Of a stretch of DNA of 64,000 bases, positions 36,851 through 47,228 are shown piece after piece. Both the position numbers and the translations under genes were made by a program. The notes beneath the pieces were generated by a model, which ran no database searches, was not told where the DNA came from, and saw nothing but the letters and a program-made list of their open reading frames with translations. Every line of letters starts with the position of its first letter. Positions within the stretch are counted from its first letter, which is position 1. Origin of the DNA: a virus; IMG/VR virus record IMGVR_UViG_3300029957_000008, positions 27,977 through 91,976 of that record; one strand, written 5' to 3'.

Positions 36851-39598
36851 ATGGCTTCCGAAGACAAAGTAGTCAAGATTAAGATCTCCACCGATGACTC
36901 CTCGGTGTACAAGTTTAAATCCATGATCGAGTCCATGACTGCCAGTGTCCAGAAGCTGGCGTCAACACTGGACAAAGTTACAAGGAGCCTTGAGGGGTTT
37001 AATAAGGCCCAGGGTAAGGGCGGAAAGCCCAATGTAGGGCCTACGACTACACCTGGAGGTAAATCTGGAGGTATTGCCGAGACGATTCTAGGTGGTGGCG
37101 ATGGGTCTGGCGTAAACAACGCTGCAAGGGCTACTGAGAAGGCCCTGCAGTCTACTGGCGAGAACATCAAGCGGTTTGTTGATAAGGCCATCCAAGACAT
37201 CACACGTCTTAACCAAGCCACTAAGGGCGCTGGACAAGGTCCCAGCTATTCTGGCTGGACGTCTTCTACAGGTGCTTATGGTGGTGGAGGTGGGGGTGCA
37301 GGACCAGGGTATTCAGGTTTTGAACGGGAAATTGTTGGGGTTGAGCCGCCTGGAGGCGGATCTAAAAGACATAGGGGTGGTTTTTGGACCGGCAGAAGGT
37401 CTATCTTCAATCCCGGCGAGGTGATGGACGATGAAGCGTCCGCCAGTAAGCTTTGGGGGCCAAGAGGGTTTGCTGGGTATGCTGAGGGTCGTGGTCAGGC
37501 ATTGGGCAGAATGCTTGGTTTGCCTACGGGTGGCCAAAACATGCTTGGCAATGCCGGCAAGGCCATTGGTGGAAGTGTGGGGTTGGTTGGGGGTGTTGCG
37601 TTGGGAGGAGCAGCCCTGTGGAATTACGGAGCTGGAGCCTTTGAGGATGTGCGCCCCGCCCAGATAGCATTTACTCAAAACTCACCGTTCATTAAAAGGC
37701 AGGCCGCTTCTGCTGGTCTAGGACTGTTTCGGGAGCAGTTTGATGCTGCACAGTCCGGAAGTGTTTCAAGAGTGATGGCCTTCAGGAAGGCAATGAGCGA
37801 TCCTGAAGTCATGAAGTCTATCAATAGCACTCAATTAGACAAAGAGCTGTTGATGAATAAATTCAGTCAATCACCTCTAAGTTTAGGATCGGCCTATAAG
37901 AAGGGGAAGGATTGGCTTCAGAATGTTGCTTCTGAAGGCTTCCAGTCGGCGGCCCAAGGACTTTCATTTATGGGTCTGTTTGCACGGGTTCAGAATGCCA
38001 GCCTGACCGAACTTCCTGCAGAGGCAAGGAAGAGCATCCTAGATTTGGGAATGGCTCAGGCTTATGGCGGCTTGACCGAGGATAAGGTCAATAAGCTGAG
38101 ACAAGCTGCTCGATTCGAGGAATTACGCCAAGATCCAAGAACCGCCATGATGGCGGATAGGATTTACGGTGGCGCAGAAGGTCGCCTCAATACGGCCAGG
38201 ATGGCCGGTAGAGGCGTAGGCTTTAATAAAGACGGTGGGTTGAAGTATGAACTTTGGGAGTCTCGACTAAAGAGAGGTGGCTGGTCTCCCGAAAATGAAG
38301 CCGCTGGACACCAGCAATTGTTGCAGATCGGTGCTGGATACAGCAAGGCCGTCGATCCAGTAACGTTGGGCGCTTTAGGTATGGCAGGCTTAACAAGTGC
38401 CGGAAGTATCGCTCAGATGGGCGGTATTCTTGGTGGGTCTGTTGGAGCTGGGAGCCTGAAGTCTGGTCTTTTGGGACAACTTCAAAAAAGTATTGGCTCT
38501 GGCGGGCTAGACGTGGCTGTTGGTAGAGATTTGTTCTCCACTCTGGGAAGCCAAATGATTCAGTCCGGTAGTTGGGGGGCTGGGAACACAGGCGCCTCAG
38601 CTTTGAATATGGCCGCCAGTATGGTCGGTATGGTTGATGCGAATGGTCATTCCACAATAGATGTTGCTCAGCAGCAGCGTATGATGGGTCTGTATTCTCA
38701 AAGCAACGCCACCCTCGGTAGTTTTACGAAGGGTACGGGTGCTCCAATCTACAATGCGATGAGCACCCTGAATGCAATTGCGGCTACGGGTGGCAAATAC
38801 GGCATTGATACAGAAAATCTAAGAGCTATGGATCCCACGCTCCTTTTGGCCATCGCCAATGGAGCCGCCGTTCCCTCTTTTTACGGTGAAGGGATTAATC
38901 AAGAGTCCGCGAAAAAATTCTTAAGGCTTAGCGCCCCGATGGGGTTGTCGACATTCGCTGATAAGAACTTGGTGACGTCTGGTCCAAACAGAGACTTGAT
39001 GAACCGAATTCGGGCGGAAGAGGGTAGAGGCGGAAGCATCGCCTCCATGATTAAGGGTGAGACATCCGGGTGGTCTACCGCCGCTACTAACGTATATACT
39101 ATGAACGTAGCTTCGCGCTACGCCGGAATGATTGCAAGAGGGAATAATATGAGTCCTGAGCAAGCGCTCAGCTCCCTGCTTCCCGTACTGCAGTCAGAGG
39201 GACTTTATACAACACGCCTAAATGGTGGAGGCGTCGGGGTCGCTGGACCGGCCGGGCTGGAGAAGCTCTCTCTTGAAGAGAAAGCAAAGATCCTAAATAA
39301 AGAAGGAAATCACTTTGAGAAGACCGATAGAAAGGGAATTGAAGATGCATTCTCTCAGATGTTGGAATCTCAAGATGCTGACAGGTTGGCCATTAAGGCG
39401 GTGGGGGGATCTGCCGCTGGAGACATTGAGGCTGTATCAAACGGCTTGATTACAGCCATTCAAGCCTACGGTAATTGGTTCAAGGCCCATGGTGGTTCGG
39501 GCTCGGGGGCTCCCATTAAGGCAAGTCCAAAAGGGGGGCAAAAGGGAGGGCGCGAAACCTCTAATGGAATGAAGCGGGTTAACGGTCACTGGGAGTAA
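36851..39598 (+). CDS. tape measure protein candidate
   Basis: 915 aa, Gly/Ala-rich and helical, between the tail chaperones and the baseplate hub. Confidence 0.65.
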   Translation: MASEDKVVKIKISTDDSSVYKFKSMIESMTASVQKLASTLDKVTRSLEGFNKAQGKGGKPNVGPTTTPGGKSGGIAETILGGGDGSGVNNAARATEKALQSTGENIKRFVDKAIQDITRLNQATKGAGQGPSYSGWTSSTGAYGGGGGGAGPGYSGFEREIVGVEPPGGGSKRHRGGFWTGRRSIFNPGEVMDDEASASKLWGPRGFAGYAEGRGQALGRMLGLPTGGQNMLGNAGKAIGGSVGLVGGVALGGAALWNYGAGAFEDVRPAQIAFTQNSPFIKRQAASAGLGLFREQFDAAQSGSVSRVMAFRKAMSDPEVMKSINSTQLDKELLMNKFSQSPLSLGSAYKKGKDWLQNVASEGFQSAAQGLSFMGLFARVQNASLTELPAEARKSILDLGMAQAYGGLTEDKVNKLRQAARFEELRQDPRTAMMADRIYGGAEGRLNTARMAGRGVGFNKDGGLKYELWESRLKRGGWSPENEAAGHQQLLQIGAGYSKAVDPVTLGALGMAGLTSAGSIAQMGGILGGSVGAGSLKSGLLGQLQKSIGSGGLDVAVGRDLFSTLGSQMIQSGSWGAGNTGASALNMAASMVGMVDANGHSTIDVAQQQRMMGLYSQSNATLGSFTKGTGAPIYNAMSTLNAIAATGGKYGIDTENLRAMDPTLLLAIANGAAVPSFYGEGINQESAKKFLRLSAPMGLSTFADKNLVTSGPNRDLMNRIRAEEGRGGSIASMIKGETSGWSTAATNVYTMNVASRYAGMIARGNNMSPEQALSSLLPVLQSEGLYTTRLNGGGVGVAGPAGLEKLSLEEKAKILNKEGNHFEKTDRKGIEDAFSQMLESQDADRLAIKAVGGSAAGDIEAVSNGLITAIQAYGNWFKAHGGSGSGAPIKASPKGGQKGGRETSNGMKRVNGHWE

Positions 39599-41655
39599 TG
39601 GGCGTGTTTGATTTACCCAAAGGGTCATTGACAGCCTTACTACAACAGGAGTCCTTTGGTGGGCCTGAGGCAACAGCAGACCCAGGTGCAGCCAACGATC
39701 CGTCGTCTGTCAAGAAGCCTAATTTTCGCTCCACTAATGCTCCTAGATATGAAGTGGTCCAGGAGTATGAAATAACGGACGAGTGCATCAGCACTTCTCC
39801 GGGCTGGGTAATGGCGGTGATCCGCCTAGCAAAGCCTCTTACCTATTCTAGGAGATTGAATAAGTCCGTAGGAGATCCTTCATCTGGTGCTTTCTTAAGA
39901 CAGAGCCAGCCACTAATCATATTTGATGATTGTACGCAGCTTTCAATTTCAAGACCCACAGGGCAGCCTCTCAAGAACCTCAACGCCACCATCAAAAGCG
40001 CTTCGGTCAACTACCTGTCCGCCAACGCTATTCTTCCGGGTGACTGGATCTTTGCGTGGTGTCATAATGACATAGAGTATACAAAGAAGTTGATTCCAAG
40101 AATCCTCAAAGGAGAGGCCTGCAATAAGTTTGATGACGGTCTGAAGTTCTTTGGTCGGGTTCACAATATCCGTAAACGAGTCTCTGTAAACGAGAAAGTC
40201 AAGACGGCCAGCTATTCCCTTCAGGCAATTGGCTTTAGTGAGCTTGAGACATCGTTCTTTTACGACATCCACTTGGCTACTGCAGCCGCCATGGGCGGGG
40301 CAGAGAACATCGGTTTGTTTATGAGCCAAATCGGTCTTGACTACATTGACTTCATTGGAAAGACCTTGAACTCTGGTGGAACCATAGAAGACAACATGTC
40401 GGAACTTATCCCGGCATTGCTCGATTCGGTTATTGGTAAGGGGAATTCCAGTCAAGGGGACATCGCCCTCTCGCATGCTTATGAGCAAGCTAAATTGGAC
40501 ATCCCGCAAGTCCATCTTACCAATCCCACCCGTGCGGAAGCTCCCTATTCGTATTTGGTTCCTTCTTTTGTAGCGCAGCTTCTAGGTAAAACTCCAGTAG
40601 ACAAGAGCCGCCAGGAGCAAGTGTTCTGTTGTGCAGACCTATTCCATCTCTTGATTGGAGTACAACAATACAACCACCTCGACAAGGATTCTCCCCATAA
40701 GGGTTTTTGGCCCGTTGTAGGTCCAAGGAGTACAGCCAACAGGTCCATCCTTGTAGACCCTATCAAGGGAACGTTTCTGCCTCAGGCTATTGAGGTTATC
40801 AATATCCCCGTTTGGAAGATGATTGCCGAACAATTTCTCAACCAAGCGATCAATCAGGCATACACAGCCTTGAAAGTAGGTCCGGACGGGACCATTACTC
40901 CAACAATAGTTGTGCGTCAGATTCCACTATCCAGTAACCAAGTCAATATCAAGGTTGGGAAGAATGGGAAAATCATAACCGACGCCAAGGTTGCCGGCAT
41001 GGATGTAGCCTTGACGAAGTTTCTTCACTTACCAAGGTGGGTTATCGATCCCGTGATGGTGAGGGAGTTTGATGTTGGTCGCTCTGATGCCACCAAGTTC
41101 AACATGATTAAGATCCTTGGAGATCCCAAGTATTTTCCCCATGGAGCATCCTCGCAACCAGCAGATGAGATGGTTAGAAACCCTCCTGTGTTTGATACGG
41201 TAGACATTGCGAGGTGTGGCATAAAGCCGTACACTCAGACAGTAAACTGCACCCCTGGAGACATTACACGTCCTGACGGTCTGGAAGTTTGGACTCGAAT
41301 GGTGGCTGACTGGTGGATTGGGTCTCAACATACGCTCAATGGAACTGTTCAGTGTGTAGGTATTCAATCGCCAATTGCTGAGGGTGACAATATTGAGTTT
41401 GAAGGGATTGTCTATCACATTGACTCAATTTCCGACTCCTGTGTAATTTCTCCTGATGGGATCAAGCGATTTATGACATCTCTATCTTTAACCCATGGGA
41501 TGCCTGTAATGCAGGACAATGATGCTGAATTCCCAACCTATCCAGGTTTTGCTTCCTTGGAAATGATTACTTCAAACAACTCCAGTGCTCCCGTTGGCGG
41601 AGACGATACTGCCTTGACATCACAAGACCCCGGAATGTCAGAGGATCGAACATAA
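39598..41655 (+). CDS. baseplate hub protein
   Basis: FFGRVHNIR, DIARCGIK, NGTVQCVG...EGDNI...YHIDSIS...TSLSLTHG (gp27/late-control-D-like). Confidence 0.65.
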   Translation: MGVFDLPKGSLTALLQQESFGGPEATADPGAANDPSSVKKPNFRSTNAPRYEVVQEYEITDECISTSPGWVMAVIRLAKPLTYSRRLNKSVGDPSSGAFLRQSQPLIIFDDCTQLSISRPTGQPLKNLNATIKSASVNYLSANAILPGDWIFAWCHNDIEYTKKLIPRILKGEACNKFDDGLKFFGRVHNIRKRVSVNEKVKTASYSLQAIGFSELETSFFYDIHLATAAAMGGAENIGLFMSQIGLDYIDFIGKTLNSGGTIEDNMSELIPALLDSVIGKGNSSQGDIALSHAYEQAKLDIPQVHLTNPTRAEAPYSYLVPSFVAQLLGKTPVDKSRQEQVFCCADLFHLLIGVQQYNHLDKDSPHKGFWPVVGPRSTANRSILVDPIKGTFLPQAIEVINIPVWKMIAEQFLNQAINQAYTALKVGPDGTITPTIVVRQIPLSSNQVNIKVGKNGKIITDAKVAGMDVALTKFLHLPRWVIDPVMVREFDVGRSDATKFNMIKILGDPKYFPHGASSQPADEMVRNPPVFDTVDIARCGIKPYTQTVNCTPGDITRPDGLEVWTRMVADWWIGSQHTLNGTVQCVGIQSPIAEGDNIEFEGIVYHIDSISDSCVISPDGIKRFMTSLSLTHGMPVMQDNDAEFPTYPGFASLEMITSNNSSAPVGGDDTALTSQDPGMSEDRT

Positions 41656-42554
41656 TGCCCGATGTTATTTCATCAATCCTAGATCAGGGTGGTTTTGGAA
41701 GCCCATTTTTCTCAGGGGCATTCAGCAACTACATCCTCAGGCAGGGTGAGGTTATCAAGATAGTCTACCCTACTTCCCAGGAGTCGGTGTCGAAGACTTT
41801 TACTGAGTACAACGTTCTTGTGGCCCACTATGAAAGTGGAATGATAGGCCACAAGATCTACAAGAACTGCAGGCTCATCAATCCCCTTGGTGGTGGCGCG
41901 GATCAGTGCAGTTGGACCCTTAGAGCGTCCACCAAGCCAATCAAGGACTATAAGTCCAGTGATGGCTCCAGAGTTCTCATCCTGTGTGTCGAAGGCTCTT
42001 ACAATAGAGCTGTGATCCTTGGTGGGGCGAGAGATGAACGTTGTGGTGGAGATAGTGAGAAAGACGGCCACCACCTAAACTGGAATTTCAACGGAGTCAA
42101 CTTCAAAGTCAATGACGATGGCTCTTGGGAGATCGTCAACAATGGGAAGAACACAAACCTAGGCTCCCTAGATGGCAGCGTGGACAAGGACGGCATTGGA
42201 ACGACAGTCAAGGTAGAAGCCAATGGTAACTTCAATGTTACGTCGGCTAAGAAGAGCCAGAGTATTACTATTGACAACGCCAACGACACAATCACCATTC
42301 AGGGTGACAGCGATGTCATAGTGGATGGAAAGACAATTCACTTAGGCACCAACGCCGGCCAACAGGCCGTATTGGGGAACCAGTTAGTGGAGATCCTTCA
42401 GGAGCTTATTACCGCGATTACGGCAATGACAAGTTTCACCTTTGGTGTGCCAGGAACCATTACTAGCCCCCCAATAAACGCCCCGCAATTCTTAGCTATC
42501 GCTGCGAAATTACAGATGATTTTGTCCAACCAAACTTTCGTTAAGCAAGGCTAG
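41655..42554 (+). CDS. baseplate spike (gpV/gp5-like)
   Basis: OB-like GSRVLILCVEG...AVILG, then beta-helix repeats and AVLGNQL. Confidence 0.7.
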   Translation: MPDVISSILDQGGFGSPFFSGAFSNYILRQGEVIKIVYPTSQESVSKTFTEYNVLVAHYESGMIGHKIYKNCRLINPLGGGADQCSWTLRASTKPIKDYKSSDGSRVLILCVEGSYNRAVILGGARDERCGGDSEKDGHHLNWNFNGVNFKVNDDGSWEIVNNGKNTNLGSLDGSVDKDGIGTTVKVEANGNFNVTSAKKSQSITIDNANDTITIQGDSDVIVDGKTIHLGTNAGQQAVLGNQLVEILQELITAITAMTSFTFGVPGTITSPPINAPQFLAIAAKLQMILSNQTFVKQG

Positions 42555-42568
42555 CCAATCTTTTTAAT

Positions 42569-45064
42569 ATGGCCACACCGCTGTCCGCATTCCAAACTCC
42601 GACCACTTCGGGCCGGGCTGCGCTTGCCGATTTGCCAGTTGATTCTCAAGGCCTCCTAACCCTTGCTGCAGACAATGCCGCTTTAGAGACCCCAGACGAC
42701 AAGTTCTGGCCATCCCCCACTTTTGACATCGTCAAGTGGAACAAGCTCTACCCCTACCAGCTCATAGTAGTTGACGCCACAAAAGACTCTTCAGGCAACG
42801 TTAAGTATGCTCAGCACGGCAAGGCAGCCTTTACTCTTCCATTTCCTCCAGAGTCCCTAAGACGAACCAAGCCCATCGCCATGAACTTGACGGTGACTCT
42901 TGGTGGTGTGGTCGAAGAGTCCAACGGCGCTCCAATCGAGTACTTGTCCTTGAGCGGCACCACAGGTCACCTCCCCTCAAGATCTACCTCTCCAGACAAT
43001 CAACCTCTCAAGAATCTTGACAACCTTACAGGCGGCTTCATCCAGGGCACAATCAACCAGCTTGCTGGCACCCTAACAGACCTAGCCTCTTTCACCAAGA
43101 CGTTCTTCGCCAACGCCAACAACGTCCACCTAGAGTCCGACTTTACTCCAGACTCAAGACTATCTAAGACTTCAGGCTACTACCAGATTAACCTCCTAAG
43201 GAAGTTCCTAGAGAAGTACATCGCAGCCAAGAAAACGGCCACGGGCCGATCTTTACGGCTGGCATTTGCAATGTGGAAGGATTCTGAAGTACTTTTAGTA
43301 ACCCCTTCAGTTTTCGTCACAACCAAAGACGTCTCCTCGCCAGTAGAGGCAAGGTACTCCATGGAGTTAAAAGCCTGGAAGAGAATTACCCTAGGAGTCA
43401 GTGATTCTTCCTTTCAAGCACCTACACCTATCAGGAACAGCCCGTCAACCCTGGCCCGTGCCATCAACACTCTTTCCAACGCCAGGAAGATAGTCCAGGA
43501 CATTGGCAACATCCCCCAAGCCGTTCTTGGCGATGTGACTCATATCAATGAGGTCTTTCGCCAAAGTATCGGCTTTTGCAAGGACATTGCTGGAACCATC
43601 CAGACCTTTGCGGACTTCCCGTCCAACGTCAAGGAGTCTATTGTCAACAAGGTATATGAGGACGGAAGAGACTTCAAGCAGGCAGGTAGGCAGATATCTA
43701 GCAGCTCCAGCAACCTGAAGAAGAACTGGCTAGATCAGTCCTCGCCTTCTACACCTACCAATAAGAGTGTAATAAAGAGATCCAACAATCCAGTAATCAA
43801 AGGCATCCAGCAAAAGGGCTTTGACGACAAGACTCTAGACACCCTTTTGCCCTACATGAATGCTTCTGACAAGTCCAATATCACGGCCGATACGGCCCGA
43901 TTGAGGGGGTTGGTAAGGGCTGACTTTGAACGACTTAGGGATGACCTAAAGGCCTTCTCTGCACGACTAGCGTTTATCCTGGGTGCTGGCAATGAAACGT
44001 ATCGAGACACCTATGGGCTTGGGGCGATAGCTCCCATCAAAAAAGAGCCCACAGATAGTGACTGGGATCTCCTATACGCCCTGAACGACTCCTTGAGTGT
44101 CCTGGACTCCTTGGCGGCAACTGGTAATGGTGAGCCTTCTGAGCCAGCTCGACTGATGGACAATATGGCCACGTTGGCCAGGGGTTCGGGAATTGCCTTC
44201 AAGGTGCCAGTCAGCAAGTTTGCGGTGCCGTTCCCTTACGGTATTACACTTGAGGCTTTGGCATCTAAATACCTTGGCGACCCGAATAGGGCGCTCGAAA
44301 TCATCACCCTTAATGGGCTCAGAGAGCCCTATGTGGATGAGCTAGGGTTTGACCTGCCATTCCTAGTAAACGGTAGTGAGAACACAGCTATTGTCCAGTA
44401 CACAACGAACCTATATGTAGGTCAGCGTGTGCACGTTGGATCCAACGGGGTTACCCGAACCAACAGGAAGATCTCGGGGCTTACCAAGACTTTGGATGGC
44501 AAGCTGGAAGTAACCCTGGACGGAGACAGGGATCTGAACAGGTACCGGGTTAATGACGGCGCGGTCTTGCACGCCTATCTGCCTGACACCATCAACTCCC
44601 AGCAGCTGGTCTACATTCCGTCTGACCAAGACGCCCTGGACAACGAGTATCTAACCAAGGACATTCCAACGGTCGATACGACCGATCCTATGGTAGTGGC
44701 TGGTGGGGTGGACCTTCTACTTGATTCTCAAAAGAATCTAGTGATCACACCTGAGGGAGATAGTCCATACGCGACTGGACTAACTAACATCATTCAGGGT
44801 GTACAAATAGCTTTTGCCGTCAACCAAGGCAAACTACCTTTACACAAAGGATTTGGTTTGCCTGTAAAGGTCGGGGACAGCGTAGCGGATATCAACGCCA
44901 CTTCCATTGTGAAGGCCGTCCGAGACATGCTCCAGAACGACTCATCGTTTTCTAGCGTGGACATGGTGAAGGTAAGGATCAACGGTAACAGTGCCCGTAT
45001 TGATACTTCGGCCACAGTGGCCGGCACCAGTGCGCCGTTACCTTTGAGTTTTGGGATTGGGTGA
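42569..45064 (+). CDS. baseplate protein with LysM-like and gp25-like C-terminal domains
   Basis: TLEALASKYLGDPNRALEIITLNGL; GLTNIIQ...GKLPLHKGFG. Confidence 0.65.
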   Translation: MATPLSAFQTPTTSGRAALADLPVDSQGLLTLAADNAALETPDDKFWPSPTFDIVKWNKLYPYQLIVVDATKDSSGNVKYAQHGKAAFTLPFPPESLRRTKPIAMNLTVTLGGVVEESNGAPIEYLSLSGTTGHLPSRSTSPDNQPLKNLDNLTGGFIQGTINQLAGTLTDLASFTKTFFANANNVHLESDFTPDSRLSKTSGYYQINLLRKFLEKYIAAKKTATGRSLRLAFAMWKDSEVLLVTPSVFVTTKDVSSPVEARYSMELKAWKRITLGVSDSSFQAPTPIRNSPSTLARAINTLSNARKIVQDIGNIPQAVLGDVTHINEVFRQSIGFCKDIAGTIQTFADFPSNVKESIVNKVYEDGRDFKQAGRQISSSSSNLKKNWLDQSSPSTPTNKSVIKRSNNPVIKGIQQKGFDDKTLDTLLPYMNASDKSNITADTARLRGLVRADFERLRDDLKAFSARLAFILGAGNETYRDTYGLGAIAPIKKEPTDSDWDLLYALNDSLSVLDSLAATGNGEPSEPARLMDNMATLARGSGIAFKVPVSKFAVPFPYGITLEALASKYLGDPNRALEIITLNGLREPYVDELGFDLPFLVNGSENTAIVQYTTNLYVGQRVHVGSNGVTRTNRKISGLTKTLDGKLEVTLDGDRDLNRYRVNDGAVLHAYLPDTINSQQLVYIPSDQDALDNEYLTKDIPTVDTTDPMVVAGGVDLLLDSQKNLVITPEGDSPYATGLTNIIQGVQIAFAVNQGKLPLHKGFGLPVKVGDSVADINATSIVKAVRDMLQNDSSFSSVDMVKVRINGNSARIDTSATVAGTSAPLPLSFGIG

Positions 45065-45466
45065 TTCGCTGTAGGCTAGTGATTCGCTGTAGGCTAGTGA
45101 ATCCCTGGCATCTACTCTGTCTAGAAGATTTTGCAGTCTATCCAAGACGTCATTGATTGGGATGTCATAATCCGGAAGGTCCGTGATTTTCTCCATAAAC
45201 TTCTCAATTCCCGTTCGAAGTTCCTCAGCTTCGGCTCCGTGGATAAAGTCGTGCTTCTTGCAAAGCTTTCCGTTGATTGAGCACGCACTACGTATTTTTG
45301 CCGCATGCTCTCCAAGCTTGCGGACCTTAAACCGCAACTGGTCGATCTCTTCCGCAACCATGTTTAGGAAGAATGCGGGAGTTGTTTCTGCAAGAAGTGT
45401 CCCAAATTCGAATTTTGAGGCAAGGTTTAGTATAGCCTTTTGAAGGGCGCCGTTTTTCTTTGACAT
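45038..45466 (-). CDS. hypothetical protein
   Basis: CKKHDFIHGAEAEELR; last gene of the minus-strand operon. Confidence 0.6.
   Translation of the reverse strand: MSKKNGALQKAILNLASKFEFGTLLAETTPAFFLNMVAEEIDQLRFKVRKLGEHAAKIRSACSINGKLCKKHDFIHGAEAEELRTGIEKFMEKITDLPDYDIPINDVLDRLQNLLDRVDARDSLAYSESLAYSESPNPKTQR
45061..45100. repeat. 18-bp tandem duplication
   Basis: GTGATTCGCTGTAGGCTA x2, encoding SLAYSE x2. Confidence 0.9.
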
Positions 45467-45469
45467 AGT

Positions 45470-45643
45470 TTACCCCTTAATCCATTCGCGTCCGCAGTCT
45501 TTGCAGCGGTAACAGGTCTCTTCCCATACCCAGTCGTGCCACAGGCATTCAATATTGGTTGATTCGCACTTTTCGTTTCGGCATTCCTGTTTTGGTAAGG
45601 AAACGAAAAGCTTGCTTGCGGGTGTCTCAAATGAGCCAAGCAT
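45470..45643 (-). CDS. 57-aa Zn-ribbon protein
   Basis: My translation ...ECRNEKCESTNIECLWHDWVWEETCYRCKDCGREWIKG. Confidence 0.6.
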   Translation of the reverse strand: MLGSFETPASKLFVSLPKQECRNEKCESTNIECLWHDWVWEETCYRCKDCGREWIKG

Positions 45644-45646
45644 TGG

Positions 45647-45745
45647 TTACTTCCTACTAAGCCAGTTTTCGATTCCGTTAAAAAGCATTAGAGCACATAT
45701 TGCCTCAAGTAACCAGTGATTATCTGCCCAAGTCCAAAAGTTCAT
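45647..45745 (-). CDS. 32-aa hydrophobic peptide
   Basis: MNFWTWADNHWLLEAICALMLFNGIENWLSRK; ATGA-coupled. Confidence 0.45.
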   Translation of the reverse strand: MNFWTWADNHWLLEAICALMLFNGIENWLSRK

Positions 45746-45846
45746 AGTTTTTTCCAAATAGGTTCAATGAAGATGCACAGGAATGCACATCCGGTAAGGA
45801 CACCCCAGGTAAAAGCACAGAAATGAGTTGCGAAACTGTGGAACAC
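45742..45846 (-). CDS. 34-aa membrane peptide
   Basis: GTG start after GGAG; hydrophobic; coupled to its neighbours. Confidence 0.4.
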   Translation of the reverse strand: MFHSFATHFCAFTWGVLTGCAFLCIFIEPIWKKL

Positions 45847-45850
45847 TCTT

Positions 45851-46648
45851 TTACTCCATCGGCTCAATATAGGTTTCGCGAGCCAGAACCGTCTCAAAGG
45901 TAATTTCTTTCGTTTCTCCGTCAATGATCATTGCCGTCAACTTATTCCCATAGACCACACCTGTGTCAAGACCATATGTTCTGTTGACGACATGGATATC
46001 CGAGCGGTTTTCATGTCCATAGACGATCTTAATGTCGTCAGTGTAGACTGCAGACCAGTGAACCGACGTCTCAGGGTGGTGCCACTTGCCATCTTTGTAC
46101 CATGAGGCTGCACAGACCCACTTGTCACCTTTCCGTTCCACGAAGCGGTTGCAGACCAAACCCTTAAGCTCCTGCCTCAGGCCCACACCTGGAATCATTC
46201 CAGCGTGCATAAACTGGAAGCCATTCCACTGAATTACAGCGGGAAAGGTCGCAATGTACTCAAGGTCCAGTGAGTCTAGCTGTGCGTAGCTTCTAAGGAA
46301 GTTGTCGCTAACCCGCACTGGGTTCTTGCAGCCAGGATTCTCAAGCCGCTTCTCTTCGTGTTGGCGATACCGAAGCATTTTAAGATCATGGTTGCCCATA
46401 ATAATGTGCGTAGGAGTATCTAAAGAGCACGCGATCATGGCCGATACGGCCATATGCGAATCGGGTCCTCGATCTACAAGGTCTCCAAGCTGGATTACAA
46501 TGTCGTTAGGTGTAGGCTTTACTTTTTCAAGAAGTTCAATAAGCTCCTTGTAACACCCGTGAACGTCACCGATAGCAATAACTCGGTCGGGTGTATCGTT
46601 AAGGGTTTTGAGTAAGGGGTATTTGGAAAATGGTAGGATCGTCGTCAT
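45851..46648 (-). CDS. calcineurin-like phosphoesterase (PrpE/ApaH/lambda-phosphatase family)
   Basis: GDVHGC, GDLVDRGPDS, GNHD, HAG, YGH and LDTGVVYG. Confidence 0.9.
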   Translation of the reverse strand: MTTILPFSKYPLLKTLNDTPDRVIAIGDVHGCYKELIELLEKVKPTPNDIVIQLGDLVDRGPDSHMAVSAMIACSLDTPTHIIMGNHDLKMLRYRQHEEKRLENPGCKNPVRVSDNFLRSYAQLDSLDLEYIATFPAVIQWNGFQFMHAGMIPGVGLRQELKGLVCNRFVERKGDKWVCAASWYKDGKWHHPETSVHWSAVYTDDIKIVYGHENRSDIHVVNRTYGLDTGVVYGNKLTAMIIDGETKEITFETVLARETYIEPME

Positions 46649-47003
46649 GGAAGTTAGGATATTCCTCACTAAAGAAGCCGTCAAGATCGAAGAACGCCTT
46701 GTTATAGACTTGGTTGCACTTTGAATTTCCGTAGTACCGTTCATAACTGCGGATTCGTTCAACAATGGCCTTAACAACCTTCAGGTCTCCTACCCAGTAG
46801 AGGCCACATTGTCCGGGAGGGATGGACCGACCGTATCGCAAAGCTAAGATCTTGGAAATAGCTAGCTCACGCCCCTTCTTTCGAGAGCCGTTGTCGCTCT
46901 TTTGAGCAAGAGCCATTCCTAGGATGTAGTCTCCTTCTTCGGTTTTGGATGACGCAATAGTTAGGCCGATACGGCCGTTGGAATGGAAGTGCAGGATCTT
47001 CGT
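46599..47003 (-). CDS. hypothetical protein, probable ACG start
   Basis: AAGGAG-N7-ACG in frame gives (M)KILHFHSNGRIGLTIASS...GMALAQKSDNGSRKKGRELA. Confidence 0.55.
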   Translation of the reverse strand, partial: TKILHFHSNGRIGLTIASSKTEEGDYILGMALAQKSDNGSRKKGRELAISKILALRYGRSIPPGQCGLYWVGDLKVVKAIVERIRSYERYYGNSKCNQVYNKAFFDLDGFFSEEYPNFHDDDPTIFQIPLTQNP

Positions 47004-47014
47004 GTAATTTCTCC

Positions 47015-47227
47015 TTATGGTGTTGCGCAGTATGTAATTGCCGTTCCGTCATCTAGGACGTCGATTTGCCATCGTCCGTCGTCGCAGTAATAAGTGTTGT
47101 TGTCCCCACACCTGTCAAATCCAGATACCACACCTAGGGTCTCAGAGTCTATTAATTTGCTTTGTTCGGCCGGGTCCACAACCATTGGGTTCTTTCCGGC
47201 CAGGAAGGTCTTTAATGAGCTTTTCAC
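47015..47227 (-). CDS. microprotein paralogue D (KSSLKTFLAGKNP...DVLDDGTAITYC family)
   Basis: GTG start 1 nt after the stop of paralogue C; conserved termini. Confidence 0.8.
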   Translation of the reverse strand: MKSSLKTFLAGKNPMVVDPAEQSKLIDSETLGVVSGFDRCGDNNTYYCDDGRWQIDVLDDGTAITYCATP

Positions 47228-47228
47228 G

